From contig WELB01000005.1 of assembly GCA_009602725.1 (NCBI GenBank), positions 893,323 through 957,322 of the forward strand: DNA of 64,000 bases, in the 5' to 3' direction. The stretch comes from Spirogloea muscicola (Eukaryota). Shown here piece by piece: positions 10,847 through 24,105 of this stretch. The notes under the pieces are model-generated. The model did no database searches. It was not told the origin of the DNA and saw only the letters and a program-made list of their open reading frames with translations. Within the stretch, counting starts at the first letter, position 1; the number at the start of each line of letters is the position of its first letter. Made by a program: the position numbers and the translations under genes.

Positions 10847-12793
10847 AAAGTTGATGACCCAGCTGACTCGATGGAGAGGAGATTTAGAGCTTATCTCATT
10901 GTTGCATCTTCTTGGACTGTTGCTTAGAGTGGCTGTTGCGAAGGGTGGGCAACAGCCAGCAAAAGTTTGAAAAAAATTACATTTACATCATTTTCTCCTC
11001 CAAGCTTTTTGGCAAGCAGGAAGATGTCTTCGCTTGTTTGAAGTACTCTTGTGCTACTTTGTCCTTCCACTGTGCTCGTCTGCTTTCAATTGCCGGGCAA
11101 TCAGTGCATCCCCACATGCTGGTTGCAGTATAGTGACACCATTTCAGAGCTGCTCTTTTTGTTGACTGGACCTCCTGGCGTTGCCTCTTCCTAATTAATG
11201 GGTAAACTGTAAATCAGCGAACTGGCTGGGGTCAGCCGAGTAGGTTGTTGGAGCGCTCCCTGTCAAATGGGGTGGCTCGGCATGTCGGGCTCATCTGAGG
11301 CCTATGTGCTTGCTCCCGTGCCCCAAATATGGCTGCCACCCACTCTTACTGCAATCTAACTCTGTGCTAATCTGATCTGTGTCTGTCGCTACGAGTGGAT
11401 CTGCGTCTGTACAGCCAAGACGGGAGCAGTCTGCTTGTCTCATGGACAGTGGCGAAAGCCGAGCTGAGGACTCGGAGTGAATAATGCAAGATGCCGCTTT
11501 CGGTTGCAGAGTTGCAACACCAAGTGTAGCCCGCCCTTATGAATTCAAGATGTGGACGCTCTTGGCCAATGCACTAATGACTCATTTTGGCTGGCGGTTT
11601 ACAAAAAAATACTCTCATCCTTCTCAGCACGTTGTTGTGATAGAGCGATGAGCATCTGATACTTGCCTGTCGATTACTTGGCGCCTGCATGACCCCAGTA
11701 GGCCGGCCTTAGTGCACTTGAGCTCACAATTGGTGTTGGAGCTTAGATGCCTTGTGACCACCCTGAGCTCAGCCCAGGGCTGCAGGAGTTCCGAGTGAAA
11801 GTGCACTGAGGCAGCTCTTGAACTAAGATGGCATGGTACTGTTAACCTCCCCAGACGAATTGGTGTTTGTAAGGTGGTGTGGGATGGTGAGTGTGTATAC
11901 GGTGGCTGCAACTGCAAGTTTGAGAATAATAGAATATAGAAGTGTGGTGTTGTCATGCCCGGGCGCCTAGCGTCGTTGTAGCGTAGGCTAGAGGGCAGTC
12001 GGGCGGGCCGGAGAGCCTTGTGGCGCCGGACGCAGCAGTGTCTGTACCTACTGCCTTGACCCCCCTTGCGGGGTTGGGCCTTGATGAGATCGGACGGCGG
12101 AGAGAGGCCATCTCTCCGCAAGTTGGAGAGCGACCTAGCGACGACGTCGCCGCACGCCGGCGAGGGTTCGGAGGGTTCGGCGCGCGTCGCGAGTAGGCCA
12201 GCGCTTCAGGTCAGGGTGGCCAGGGGGCCGAAGCAGGCGGTGAGAGATCCCCGGGCGCGGGTGACCACGCGGGAGTGAGGGAGAGAGTGAGGCGAGGAGA
12301 CAGTCTTCACTTGCGCGAGACAGTTTTGTGTGGTATTGCTTCTTGCCACATTCTTTGCATGCCTGCTGACCTGGTAGTGAGGCCATGCAGGGCAGGCTGC
12401 TGCTAGTCAGGCAGAGTCCTGGTCTGCAGGTGGAGTTCCAGGTGTGGACGACGCGTAGTGGGCGCTATACGGGCAGGCACGACAGTGTGCATGTTCCAGA
12501 AGGGAGGCCAGTTTAAGCTAGTGCAATGTTCAGGCAAAGGCTACTGGGGGCCACACATTGCAAAGCCCCTATTCTCAGGGGGTAGAGTAAGTGTGCGATA
12601 GCCTGCTGAAGAAGGGACTTGGGTTCCCACGAGGAAGCCGTCAGGTATGCAGATCCGACAGGCTAACTTGAGCTTGAGCCGAGAGCAACTGCCGCAGCGA
12701 AGGAGCGGGCGTGAATGGCAGTTAGTATCAACAGACTATCAGATTGTTCGCATGTGAGTCAGGAGTCTAGGTCTAAAAGCTGAACTTCTGAAG

Positions 12794-12846
12794 CCCTAAA
12801 ATCCTAAATTCCTACCCCTAAACCCTATCCGAGTCCTAATTCTAAA
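12794..12846 (+). repeat. Degenerate plant-telomere-like (CCCTAAA) tract containing a telo-box AAACCCTA
   Basis: CCCTAAA ATCCTAAA TTCCTAC CCCTAAA CCCTA ... CCTAATTCTAAA, ~450 bp upstream of the GST start. Confidence 0.55.
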
Positions 12847-13286
12847 GCCTTACAGGCTCTGGACGGTCACTCCGGCTGGGGATCGACTTGAGGCAAACGG
12901 ATACGTAGTGGACCCCGCGGCACGTGACCGGGACTTGCAGTACTGCGGATCTAGCCCGGCGCAGGCGGCTTGCGTCAAAGCCTCAGCTGGCCGCGCCGAG
13001 TGACGTCAGTCGGCAACCCGGACAGCAAGGTTCCGGGGAGTCCGCGGGCCGAGAGGCCTTCTGGGTCCCTTCCGAAGAGCTGCTTCTTCTGGATGGCTCG
13101 CTTGTGGCGACAGCCCCATTGGGGAATGAACGGGCGCGCCCCGCTCGCTCAGCGCTGGCTGACGGCCCGGGTCGCCGTAGAGGCGTTCATAAGCAAGCGT
13201 GAGCCCCCTCCTCCCACTATCCTTCGTCCGCTCCCGATGAGTAGTGGACCCACTCCAGCCGTCCGTTGCGCCACTAGCGGCTGCGC

Positions 13287-15101
13287 ATGGCCGGCTCCCT
13301 GACGCAGTCTCTGTTGGCCACCTCGCTCCTCTGCGCGCTCGGCGCCCGCGCGCCGCTGCCCGCCCTCGCCAGCATTGCCACTGCCGCCCGCAAGGCATCC
13401 CTTCTGCCGTGCGCCAACGCCTCCGCTGCAGCATTGCTCCGTTCTGCTTCTACCTCCGCCGTCAGGTCCAAGTCGGCGGCGTCTACCTGGCCTAGAGCTC
13501 AGCCTGGCCTCTGCAGGCCAACAGCTCTTCGCCAAGCTTCCGCTATGGCCACCACGGATGACAAGATCCAACTATGGTCCATGGCCACACCCAATGGGCA
13601 AAAGGTACACCCTCCGCTGGCAACGGCGTCTCTCCAATCATAGACCACTGAAGTACCCATTATGTCGTAGAATGCATGTGAATCGGAGCTAGACTGCCCC
13701 CCCGTGATTGGCCACAAGCCAGTCCTCTGCTGTGCTCACAAGTCTTTAGCTCTGAAAGTGGCGTGCTTCTTGTAGATTGGTATCGCCTTGGAGGAGCTTG
13801 AGCTCCCTTACGAGGCCCACCTTGTTGACATCAGGAAAGGGGACCAGTTCAAACCTGAATTTGTTGCCATCAATCCCAACTCCAAGATACCTGCTATCGT
13901 AGTGCCCGACGGGCCTGGTAAATACGCCGCTACTGAGCACTGGCAGCCTGCAATTATAGTCATGTCTAAGCTTGACGAAAGGTTTCTGTTTGAGAATGTC
14001 ACACCACCAGCTTATTACTTCTCCTCGGAGATCCTGGAGCAGTCTGACAGAAGATATCCTGCCTTTGACCAATAGCAGGAGGCCAGCCTTTGAATATATT
14101 TGAGAGTGGTGCCATCCTCATATATTTGGCTGACAAGACTGGAAAGCTTTTGCCAAAAGACGAGACACGGAAATGGGAGGCCATCCAGTGGTTGTTCTTC
14201 CAGGTAGCTTCTATCAAGTATTCTCCTGCGCAGCCAAGCAACACAAGCATGCAAGATGATCAAGAAGCCTTAGTCCTCATAAGACCAGCAGCAACTAGGA
14301 GAAATGTCTGTAAGATCGAAGATTGGCCTTGAGAACAGTAAAAGAGCAAGGTTGAGGCTTTGAGCACCTGGAAAACGTACAGGGCTGCTGGTTCGTATGA
14401 TGCCTCAATGATGTTGGTCCCCTCTTCTGCTCTCATTTGCAAACTGCTATCCAGGTTGGGGGCCTTGGGCCTATGATGGGTCAACTCGGCCACTTCAGTT
14501 CCCTTCCTAAAGAAAAGCTTGACAGCCCGTATCCCAAAGAGCGTTATCTGACGGAGGTCAAAAGGTGAGCCCCCCCATTTGCTATTCTTATATTTTGCAA
14601 TTTGATTGGTCCATTCCTTTTGGGATGGCCATGACTACGTACTGCTGTCTCTACCCCCTGGATTAAATCCTCGTCCAAGGAGCACCAATATAAGTTGCCC
14701 CAACCTGTATTAGGTGATAAAAGTGAAAGCTGAACATTGTCTCTACCCCCTGGTTTATATCCTATTCCAAGGAGCACCAAATTAAGTTGTCCCGACGTAT
14801 TTTTGGTGAATAATACTAGGCTGAGTGATGCAGAACCACAAATATTCGGCCTGACCATGCGTGTCCGTGGTCCTTGTGCAGACTCCTCACTGTTGTGGAG
14901 AAGCACCTGGAAGGTCAAGAGTATTTGGCAGGCGAGTACTCCATTGCAGACATCTCTACAGCACCTTGGGTGAATGGCCTTAATCTCTACCTGAAGGGCA
15001 CCATTGAGATTAGTGACTTCCCCAACATTGCTGCCTGGCTTGAGAGGATCTATGCCAGGCCTGCTGTGCAGAAAGGCATTCTGGTCAACAAACCTGCATA
15101 A
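13287..15101 (+). CDS. Glutathione S-transferase, Nu/Ure2p class (YfcG-like), with putative organellar transit peptide
   Basis: Exons 13287-13604, 13776-13917, 14079-14203, 14455-14564, 14882-15101; motifs ATPNGQK, INPNSKIPAI, IFESGAILIYLADKTGKLLP, WLFFQVGGLGPMMGQ, YLAGEYSIADI; Ala/Ser-rich, acid-free first ~86 aa. Confidence 0.92.
14646..14829. repeat. Tandem 2 x 92 bp structured repeat in GST intron 4
   Basis: Units at 14646 and 14738 share TGTCTCTACCCCCTGG...CCAAGGAGCACCAA...AAGTTG...GGTGA...GCTGA. Confidence 0.8.
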
Positions 15102-16074
15102 GAGCTGCAGAGTCATTCTCTGGCGGAGTTGCTGCCGCACCTCAAATGGTGCTAAGTCATGATGCTCAATCCAGCCCTCCCTTACTGCTTGTAAATGACG
15201 CGCGCAAAAGCTCCAAACTGACCTTTTGCAATGGTAAACTACGGCTTGACCATCGCTTCTTTGATATGCACTCAGAAAATCTTTCATACCAGATTAGGCA
15301 GGACACTTAGTCATTCTTTTCTTCTGAATAGAAAACGCAGGAGACATCTTGCTCTGTGCAATGTCCTTGCATGTATTCCTACCAACGGCATGCTTGCCAT
15401 GCTGCGAGGAAATTTGCGAATAAGTTAATCTTTGACGGCTGTATCCTCCACTTAGAACTCTCCACTATACAGCTTCACCAAGAAGAAGCAGGAGCGAGGG
15501 CTGTGGAAAAACTAGCCCAGAAGAGAACGAACTGAAGAGAGGCAGGCAGTGGAAGACTAGCCCAGTGGATGCTTTGTTGCAGAAAGCCTTCTTCAAAACC
15601 ACGCCTTCAGACCTCCCGCAGCTATTGTCACTACTTGTTAGGAAAATATATCTTTTCTTCTATATCTGTCTTCCGGCACGCAGAACTGCCACTACCGTCA
15701 AGATTGTCGGGTTTCTGGACAATGATGTGGACAATAAGAGGCGACGCGTGGTTTGTAGAAAATAAATCAGACCAAATCAACCATGAACACTGTTCAGATA
15801 ACAGCTAGTGCCAAGATTGGGGCTACAAAGCCCCATGCTAAGGGGGCTGAAGGGTGTGTGCGGAAGAGGGCTGAAAGGGGCGACTTCCGCAAGTGAGCAC
15901 TTACAGATCCGACAGAGCTGGAGCACCGCCACAGAATGCCAGTGGCCTGGCATAGGGCCCACAGTGCATGTGCATGTCAAAGCGCGTCGTCTCCTTGAAA
16001 GAGAGAGCTTGAGCAAGACGGTGGCCTGCCGATAGGCCGCCCGGGGGTGGCCGTCTCAATAGAGTCTACTAGCT

Positions 16075-17570
16075 GGCTTAGGCCTCCCTTTTAACTCATG
16101 CATTTGCTCCGTCGTGAATATCTGTACGCATCTGGCTGGCTTTTTACAGCCGATTTCTTGATATCAGCAGCCGCGTTTGAACTCATGCCCTCCGCGCGCC
16201 TGCTCTCACAGCCATGCCTTACAGTTGGAGAGCTCTTTCTCTTTGGAGGGCACCGGGTGATGCCCGTTCAACTTAGCTGCAGCGGGGTCCCTTGGACAAG
16301 GCGTGTTGATTTGTTGAGCGTCCCCTGGGAGGTGGCAAGCGGCTCCTACCGGACGTCGTCCTCACTGACAGTTATCGTACGTTGCATGTACTCCGACTTG
16401 CGGCTGCTGACTCGGGTTTCTAAGCTCCAAAAGCTGTGTAATCACTTGCATAGCTGTGTGCTATTAGCACCTTCTTTTACAGCGCATTGGACCTTGTCCA
16501 TATCTTCTGGGCTGGCTTTTCACAGCCCTCGCCTCCTTCGGAAGAGCTTACTTGCCTGTTTCTTGATCTTCTAGTTAGTGTATCTTCTTGTGCTCGGCCA
16601 CCTTCACAGCATAGCCGCCTCAGAAGTAGTGGGGCCGTTACCACCCTGCTGGGGATACCTTCTACCCGCTGGCCATGAGCATCCACGGGTGTTACGTGGT
16701 GGCAGGTGGTGTTCTCTTCACTTTCGCTGCTGGCCTCTCAAGCTGACCAGCGTGGCCACGAAGAGGGTGCAGCACTTCCTGGAGGCTTGGTGCCTCTGGG
16801 ACTTGTGTCCTGCTATCGCATGAGTATATCGATGTCCCTCCAACGGTCCCAAGCGCTTGCTTCGCACCGCCGAGCTGGTCGTGCCTTTGCCGCAGCCTCT
16901 GGCTTGCGCAGCGGGTTGCTCTTTCTCCGAGGGAATATTGAGCACCCGGTGGCCACTTGAGAGTCGCAATGTGCTCTAGCCCTTTACTGGCCCCTTCGAA
17001 CTTTGTTCATTCTTATTTCTGGGCTGGCCTCTCACAGCCACCAGCCCTCTACTGGAAGCGTCTCTTCCTTCTGCTTCCTCCCCTCAGCTCATCTGACTTC
17101 CTATTGCTTTCTTCTTATGGCTGAAACTACAGCTCTTCCAATGTCCAGGCTAGCTGTTCACAGCCCTTGCGTTGTTTTGGAGAGCCACTTTCTTCCAATT
17201 TTGAAGGCAGTGGCCGTGAAAGCCAGCCCAAAGAAATGTAAAAGATACTGTTGCTGACACGGGGTCTATAAGAGCGCCCTGTTTGCTTAGCAAGTGGCAC
17301 CGTACGGCCATGAAACTCCCTCTGCATGCACCTGACTGGCTTTCACAACCGCTCATCTGTTGTCTGCAGCCGCACAATTCCTTCGTGATGGTTCGTCCGT
17401 TCGGTCGCCGAGCTTGGGATGGGGTATTCCGTAGTTCGGGGATCATTCAGCGTGCTAATGTGCTAACTCGTGGTTATTGAGCGGGTCAGCTTGGCAGCAG
17501 GTAATGTACACCTTTCAATGTGCTTGCACAGTACTTAGCCACTCAGGCCCTCCATTACTCAATATACATC
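16075..17570 (+). mobile_element. Cluster of decayed CRE-like retrotransposon fragments upstream of Argonaute
   Basis: ~16640-16960 encodes a frameshifted endonuclease C-terminus (HPAGDTFYPLAMSIHG ... CYRMSISMSLQRSQALASHRRAGRAFAAASG); VLTRGY* at ~17460-17480; hairpin motif at 16508 and 17021; terminal-motif relics at ~16081 and ~16180. Confidence 0.75.
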
Positions 17571-17782
17571 ATTTCCTCGGTATTGACGAGGAACCCGGCA
17601 GCCCGTCGCTGCTCGCATTCCCAAAGCCCCTCCCCCGTCGCCGCCGCCGCCGTCGCCGCCGCCGCGGCCGCCGTCAGAGGCACCGGCAGAGGGTCCTGCT
17701 AGGGCCTTTCGGAAGCGAGTCGGGAGCCCGCCGCGCCGTCGATGTCGTGAGAGCGCCTCGCTGCGCCACCTAGGGCGGAGCC

Positions 17783-20700
17783 ATGCCGCGGAGGCGCAAG
17801 ACGCAGCCGGGAGCCGAGGCCGGCGGCGCCGAGCGCGCGCCCGGCGGCGCCGGCCAGGCGCCTCGTCCCGCTCCTCCCCAAGGTGGCAGCTCTTCTTCGC
17901 CCATGGCCACTTGACGCCTTCGCTGGTCCTGCAATCACGCCTGCATGGCTCCGGCGTGCATGCTTGCAGTGCCTGTTCTGATAGACGCGCCACCGAAGAC
18001 GAACCTGGCACGACTAGGCCAGCACGTCCTGATGCCGATTTGCGGCATGGGCAGCTGCAGAGTTGCCAGCCGCGCCTCCTGCCCAGCCGGCCGCGCCTCC
18101 CCAGCCCGCTGCAGCTGCCCAGCTGGCTGCGCCAGTTGTCAGTGACTATCAGGAAGCCAGGGCTGCACCACCGGCACGAGCACCAGAGCAACTCGCGGCC
18201 CAATTTGCAGCACAGACCATATCCTCTGCACCACAAGCTGCTCCTGGGTTGCCCGTGGCTGCCCCACCGCAAGCTCCACAGCAGGACATCGCTGCTTCCA
18301 TTGCACCGTCGCAACAAGCTGAAGGTCCGCATCCCTTGTAGCTGCTGGGCATGCATGCATGTCCTTGAAAGACAGAGCTGAACAAGGAAATGATAAAACA
18401 GCATAGCAACACCAGATGTGGTTCCAAAGACCTTGTGATTAGCGCAAGGTGTGGTTAGTGATGAGCAACTGCTTGACCCTGTCTTAGCAGCTTCAGCACT
18501 AACTGGGGTGCCAATCGCGAGTTGCCTTTGTGGTGTGACCAGGGGGTCAACCCAGCTCCCTCGCTGTTGTTCCCCCTCCACGCCCTGGATATGGGACCAT
18601 AGGGCGTAAAGTCGTCTTGCGCGCCAATCACTTCGCAGTGACCCTGCAAGACATCACGATCTACCACTACGACGTCACCATAACACCCTCAGTCACTTCC
18701 AAGGTCGGGTCCATTTAAAGGACACCCAGTTTACCTGTTTCTCATGCAGAAAAGCTTTTCCTGAAGCCTGATCTCACTTCCGTGTTGTAGACGTCATTGT
18801 GTGCCTTGCGCAGCATGTATTGTTGCCCTTTCTATGCCAGCTAGTCTGGAGCGAGCAGATTCATGCTCCAAACTAGCTGTCAATGAGCAGGTGCACGTGT
18901 CAATATGTTGACAGCAAGTGTTAAAGGGGTCACGTCTGGGATGACGTGGCTGCTGACTCTGCACCCACTCGCTTGCAGGGAGTTAATCGCGCAATACTAG
19001 ATGAGCTTGCTAAACAAGCTGGAGCTGCGGAGTTGGGCAACAGGCACCTTGCTTATGATGCAAGCAAGAGCTTGTTTACAGCAGGACAGCTGCCTTTCAC
19101 GCAGAGAACCTTCACAGTCAATCTGCCCGACAAGGACGGTTCAAGAGAAGGACGGCTGAGAACCTTTAACGTCGCGATAAAATTGGTCAACACTGTGGGG
19201 TTAGAGCCTTTGTGGCAGTTCCTACGTGGTCGGGAGTTGGAAATTCCGCAGGAGATTTTTCAGGTCAATGCATGGCTTCTGCCCTCCAAGACTATCGGTT
19301 GCTCTTGCAAAGTGCCTATACTTATCTGCTATAGGCACCCAACCTGTCGTTGTCTGATTGGTCTATATAAGTCTTTACAGGCTTATGACATAGCCTTCAG
19401 AGCAAGTTCTGCGAAGTCTTATATCCCAGTAGGACGGTCATTCTTCAGCGACAGCTTGGGTCAAACAGATCTGACTGGTGGGCTACGCTGCTATCAGGGC
19501 TTCTTTCAAGTAAGCAATGCCACCTCAGCATGAGCTGGGCACACATTGTCACCTTTTTGACACATCCCTAGCAGAAGCTGGGACATGCTCTCTCTACCGT
19601 CTATGCTCCCCCACTCTTCTCTCCTCTTTGTTTTGGCTCCCTTATGCTCCATCTTTGCCGTGCATTTTTGTACCTCAGGCTTTGCTCGTAACAACCATAG
19701 TATCACTTGCTGGATAGCACACTGACTGCGATGGTGGACAGCGTGCAGAGCCTTAGGCCTACACAACAGGGTCTTGTCCTCAATATTGACAGCTCAGCCA
19801 CAGCATTCTTCGAGCCTCTTCCTGTAGTCCAATTCATTGAGAAGTTGCTCAACATGAGGGGCCCACTACGTGCCCTCCAAGATAGGGAGCGCGTGAAGGT
19901 CAGGAAGGCACTGCTTCGTCTGCAAATTACTGTTACACACCGTGAAACGCCTCGCAAGTGAGTTAGCCAGTTTGGCTGTAGTGACTCTTTGTTGCCCTTC
20001 GACGACCTCTTGAGGGCACGCTGCAGCATATAATCAGTGACTCTGTAAGAGATCCTTCTCTACAGGCACTCTGGCTTGCTCAAGTACATGGCAAGCCCAT
20101 GCATATTTCTCAAGGGGATTGCAAGCTGTAGCAGACCTTACTGTCTACTGAAAAATATTTTGCTAGCAGGTACCGTGTAACAGGTGTGACACGTGAGCCG
20201 GCACAAGACTTACAATTTGAAGCAGACGGAGAAAACGTGTCACTCATTGCATACTTCCAGCAGAAATACAACTACAAGATCAGATTCCCACAGCTTCCAT
20301 GTGTAGTAGTTGGAAGCAAGAAGAGTTGGCTGCCAATGGAGGTCTGTGTGATTGCAAAGGATCAGAGGTACCTAGGCAAGCTTGGTGAAAATCAGGTACC
20401 ATCACCCTTATTTACACCTGTGTCCAGAAGGACAGCAAGTGCTTGACTTGCTTTCTGCTTGAGGATGAAGGACTGCAGCCACTGGATGCCTTTACCAAAA
20501 ACTGGTATCGTTTAGATGTTGACAAGATGTGCATGATGCCAGTAATGACTGGTGGGCTCCTGCAGGTGAGGAATATGTTGAAGTTCACATGCAAGAGACC
20601 GCCGGATAGAGCACGCTTCATCCAGAATCTTGTGGCCGGAGCTCAATTTGACAGGTATTGACAGCTCCAGCTTTTATTCTGCAAGTGCTATATCAAGCAT

Positions 20701-23700
20701 GGAATCATTACCAAAATACACCACAGGAAAGCCTCTTCCTCATCCTGTGTTTGCATCACTCGCCTCAAATTTCCTGCAATCCGTGGTGGTTGACCTGCTC
20801 GCTGTGGTCGTGCCACAGGGACCCCATTGCACGAGATTTTGGCCTGGGGGTGAAGCCAGAGATGCTGACTGTCGAAGGCCGACTGCTTCCACCACCAAAC
20901 CTCATCTATGGGGATCAGGCTCAAGTAAGAATGGCGTTGTTGTCATGTAAGTTAGCAAGATGAGCTGCATCTCATTATTAAGACTGTCAATGAGCACAAT
21001 CGTAATATTCACTTAGTAAACCTGGGTGCCTCATCAGGTCCAGCCAAAACTTGGGGCCTGGAACCTCCTTCAACACAGATTCCACGAGGGCAAGCAGATT
21101 GATCGCTGGATCTTGTTGAGTTTTGCACCACCAAATTGGGTTGATATGCAAACTGCCATGCGTTTTGGACAAGCTCTTGCGGCACGTTGCAATCAGTTGG
21201 GTATGCGGGTAAGCAATATGGCCCCCGCTGTCATCCATGTTGCTTGATTGTAGGGAACAGAGTATATGAAAACTCCGAAGTATACTGAAACGTTACGGTG
21301 TTTTGCAGATGTCAAATCTCTTGGTATTGCTGCCGCTAAACATGCCGTCTGAATCTGTATGAGAAGGAGTTTGATGTCACTCAAGCTCAAAATTGCATGC
21401 CATCTCACCCATCTTATTTCACTTTGTTAGTACACTGTCAAAGATGAGGCCAGAGCCAGCAGCACCTGTGCAGCAGAGAAGATTGGACCAGCTGGAAGTG
21501 GTGCTAAAGCAGGTTGTCCAGGCTGCTGCCAAAACTGCTCCGCTCCAGCTCATTGTGATCATCTTGCCAGATAAAGTTCCAGAGTACAATGACCTCAAGC
21601 GGGTCTGTGAGACGGAGCTGGATGTTCCATCCCAGTGTTGTCTCTCAAAACATGTACCCAAGTGAGTGACATACTTTGCATCTTCTTTACTGGATTAATT
21701 CTGTAGCCCATCAAGCACCAGAGGAATGGTTGCTGTGCTAGCCACATTGTTCATTGTCTGATTGAGGCTAAAGCACTCGTATTAGGGTTGCTGTCTAAGC
21801 GATGTACTTGGTGCTTAGGAGTACGAGAGTCACTGGAGGGCTTGATGAAGTACTTCTGTCTTGCAGGTGCGACAGTCAGTACCTGGCAAATTTAGCGATG
21901 AAAATCAATGCGAAGGTTGGTGGGCGTAATGTGCAACTTCAACAGGAGAAGATGAGAAACCTGGCTGGTCTTTCGGAGGTACCGACAATGATACTGGGAG
22001 CTGATGTAACACACGCGGCTCCTGGCGATGAAGAGTCAGCCTCAATTGCAGCAGTTGTGGCCAGCAAGGTTAGCATGCACTACATGCTGATGGATGGTGT
22101 ACGTCACTGTGCGTGCTGGCACCATGACTGGGCAGCATCCATGCATTCGACTCCTGCTTACTCTCAGGTCCCATCTGGCTACTTTGCAGGATTGGCCATG
22201 TGCCAACAAGTACGTTGCCCTCGTGGAAGCGCAGCCCCATCGTCAAGAGATCATATCTGCTCTGTACACAGAAAGGCGTAGTGCCGGTGGCCAAGTAGAA
22301 CCAGGGGGCATGGTCCTGGAGCACCTGAAGAACTTCTACAGGGTCAGTTACATGTCACTCAAGGTTACTCAAGAAGCCGAGGTTGCTGAATGGATGTATA
22401 TAGGAGAGCTTGGCATATGCACAGGTGTACACGTGCGTTAATTGGTGCAATGCCTGTTCTTTAGAGTTTCCCTTGTGAGTTTGGAATATGTTCAGGTCAT
22501 TGTGTCTCGTGGGGCTTGCAAAGTCTTGGCAGGCGCCCTGCAGCCATCTCACCATCAGTAGCTGCGAGCATGTCTTGTCCTCTCTCAACAGTAAGTTCCT
22601 GCTTATGGGTCTCTTGACTTCACAGGCGACAGGTCAGAAACCTGCACGGCTCATCATGTTCAGGGATGGTGTGAGTGAAGGTCAATTCTATCAAGTGCGT
22701 ACTCCTGACCAAGAGCATCTGTTGAGCTGCTTGTCATCTTTGGTTAGTTGTGCATTCTCAGATGGCTTACACTGGAACAGGATTGGATCAGACAGGATAT
22801 TGCCACATTCTTCACTACTTGTAGAGCCAGCCTTGTCAGGTTGTATGCCATTGCCACGTCAGGCCTGAACTTGTGTGTAGCTTGCAACACTTTTGGCTTG
22901 TAATTTTCAAGCCATGATGGGCAGGTACTATCGCAAGAGCTAAGTGCAATTAAACGAGCTTGCCTTACTCTTCGGAATAATGATGGTCGCCCCTACAATC
23001 CACGTGTAACATTCATCATTGTCCAGGTACTGCAAGTGGCAGAACAGTCAGTCAGCGATATACCTTGCAAAATGACTGCTCAAGCAACTGGAGTGCCATG
23101 TTCTCAAGCATGACTGCACAGATTGTCATCCTGATGCATACTAGCCTACAATGTAGGAGAGCATACAGTTCCTGCGAGTCACTCATCTCACTTTATATGC
23201 CTTTTCTGTGTAGAAACGGCACCATACGCGGCTTTTTCCAACAGACCAGAACACTGATAGGTCAGGGAACGTGATGCCCGGCACCGTCGTCGACACCAAA
23301 ATTTGTCACCCGCGGGAGTTTGACTTCTACCTCTGCAGCCATGCTGGTATCCAGGTTTTTGTTCAATTCCCAATTACCACAAATCAGAGCATCATAGGGT
23401 GCAACTCAAGATATGATAGTGACATTTGCAACGTTTTTGGCAGGGCACCTCAAGACCAACGCACTATCATGCGCTATGGGACGAGAATGGCTTCACTGCA
23501 GATGCCCTACAGCAGGTCTGGAGTAGGACGTTTACCACATCATTGAGTCAAATACATGAGATGCTGCCTGCAGTTTCTTCATTGCTTGCTATCAGTTAGA
23601 ACGCAGCAATGATGACCCCAGCCTTATTGCACCAAGAAGCAAGACCATGACTTACCCTTTGACAGCAAGTTAACCATCCTTGTTTATCAGATGTGCAACA

Positions 23701-24105
23701 ATCTGTGCTACACTTATGCTAGGTGCACAAGGTCAGTTTCCATTGTGCCCCCCGCATATTATGCTCACCTGGCGGCATTTCGGGCCCGCCTTTATTCGGA
23801 GGGCAGCACAAGTGGGTCAGATGCAGCATCCTCTGTAAGGCCGTTATCCACCTCTTCTCTATTGATATGAAGGCCATATACTGTAACAGTAGATTTCATA
23901 CAGTTGTTGGTATGTTTGTGCAGTGGTTGATGTGGGTCTGCATATGTATCAGGGGCACTTTGTGCTGCATATGCATGTCTCCCATGGTACTGAGTCACTT
24001 CAAGTCGTTTCATGGCGGCAGAAAAGCGAAGCAGGGACCTCAGCACCCTTGCGGGGAGTACCACCTGTCAAGAGTACTGTAAAAGAAGGAATGTACTTCT
24101 GCTGA
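17783..24105 (+). CDS. AGO: Argonaute (AGO1/5/10-like), slicer-competent
   Basis: Start MPRRRKT (17783-17882), Pro/Gln/Ala-rich exon 18061-18324, [25 protein letters not shown] (18543-18703), [34 protein letters not shown] ([17 protein letters not shown]), MID ([25 protein letters not shown]), [38 protein letters not shown]; ends MYFC*. Confidence 0.97.

Noticed and set aside
11000..12300. Possible minus-strand gene starting MASLRRPISSRPNP near 12112
   Set aside because: GC-rich start and a plausible donor, but I could not build a consistent exon chain or recognise a product.
14544..15287. 247 aa minus-strand ORF
   Set aside because: Antisense shadow of the GST last exon and intron.
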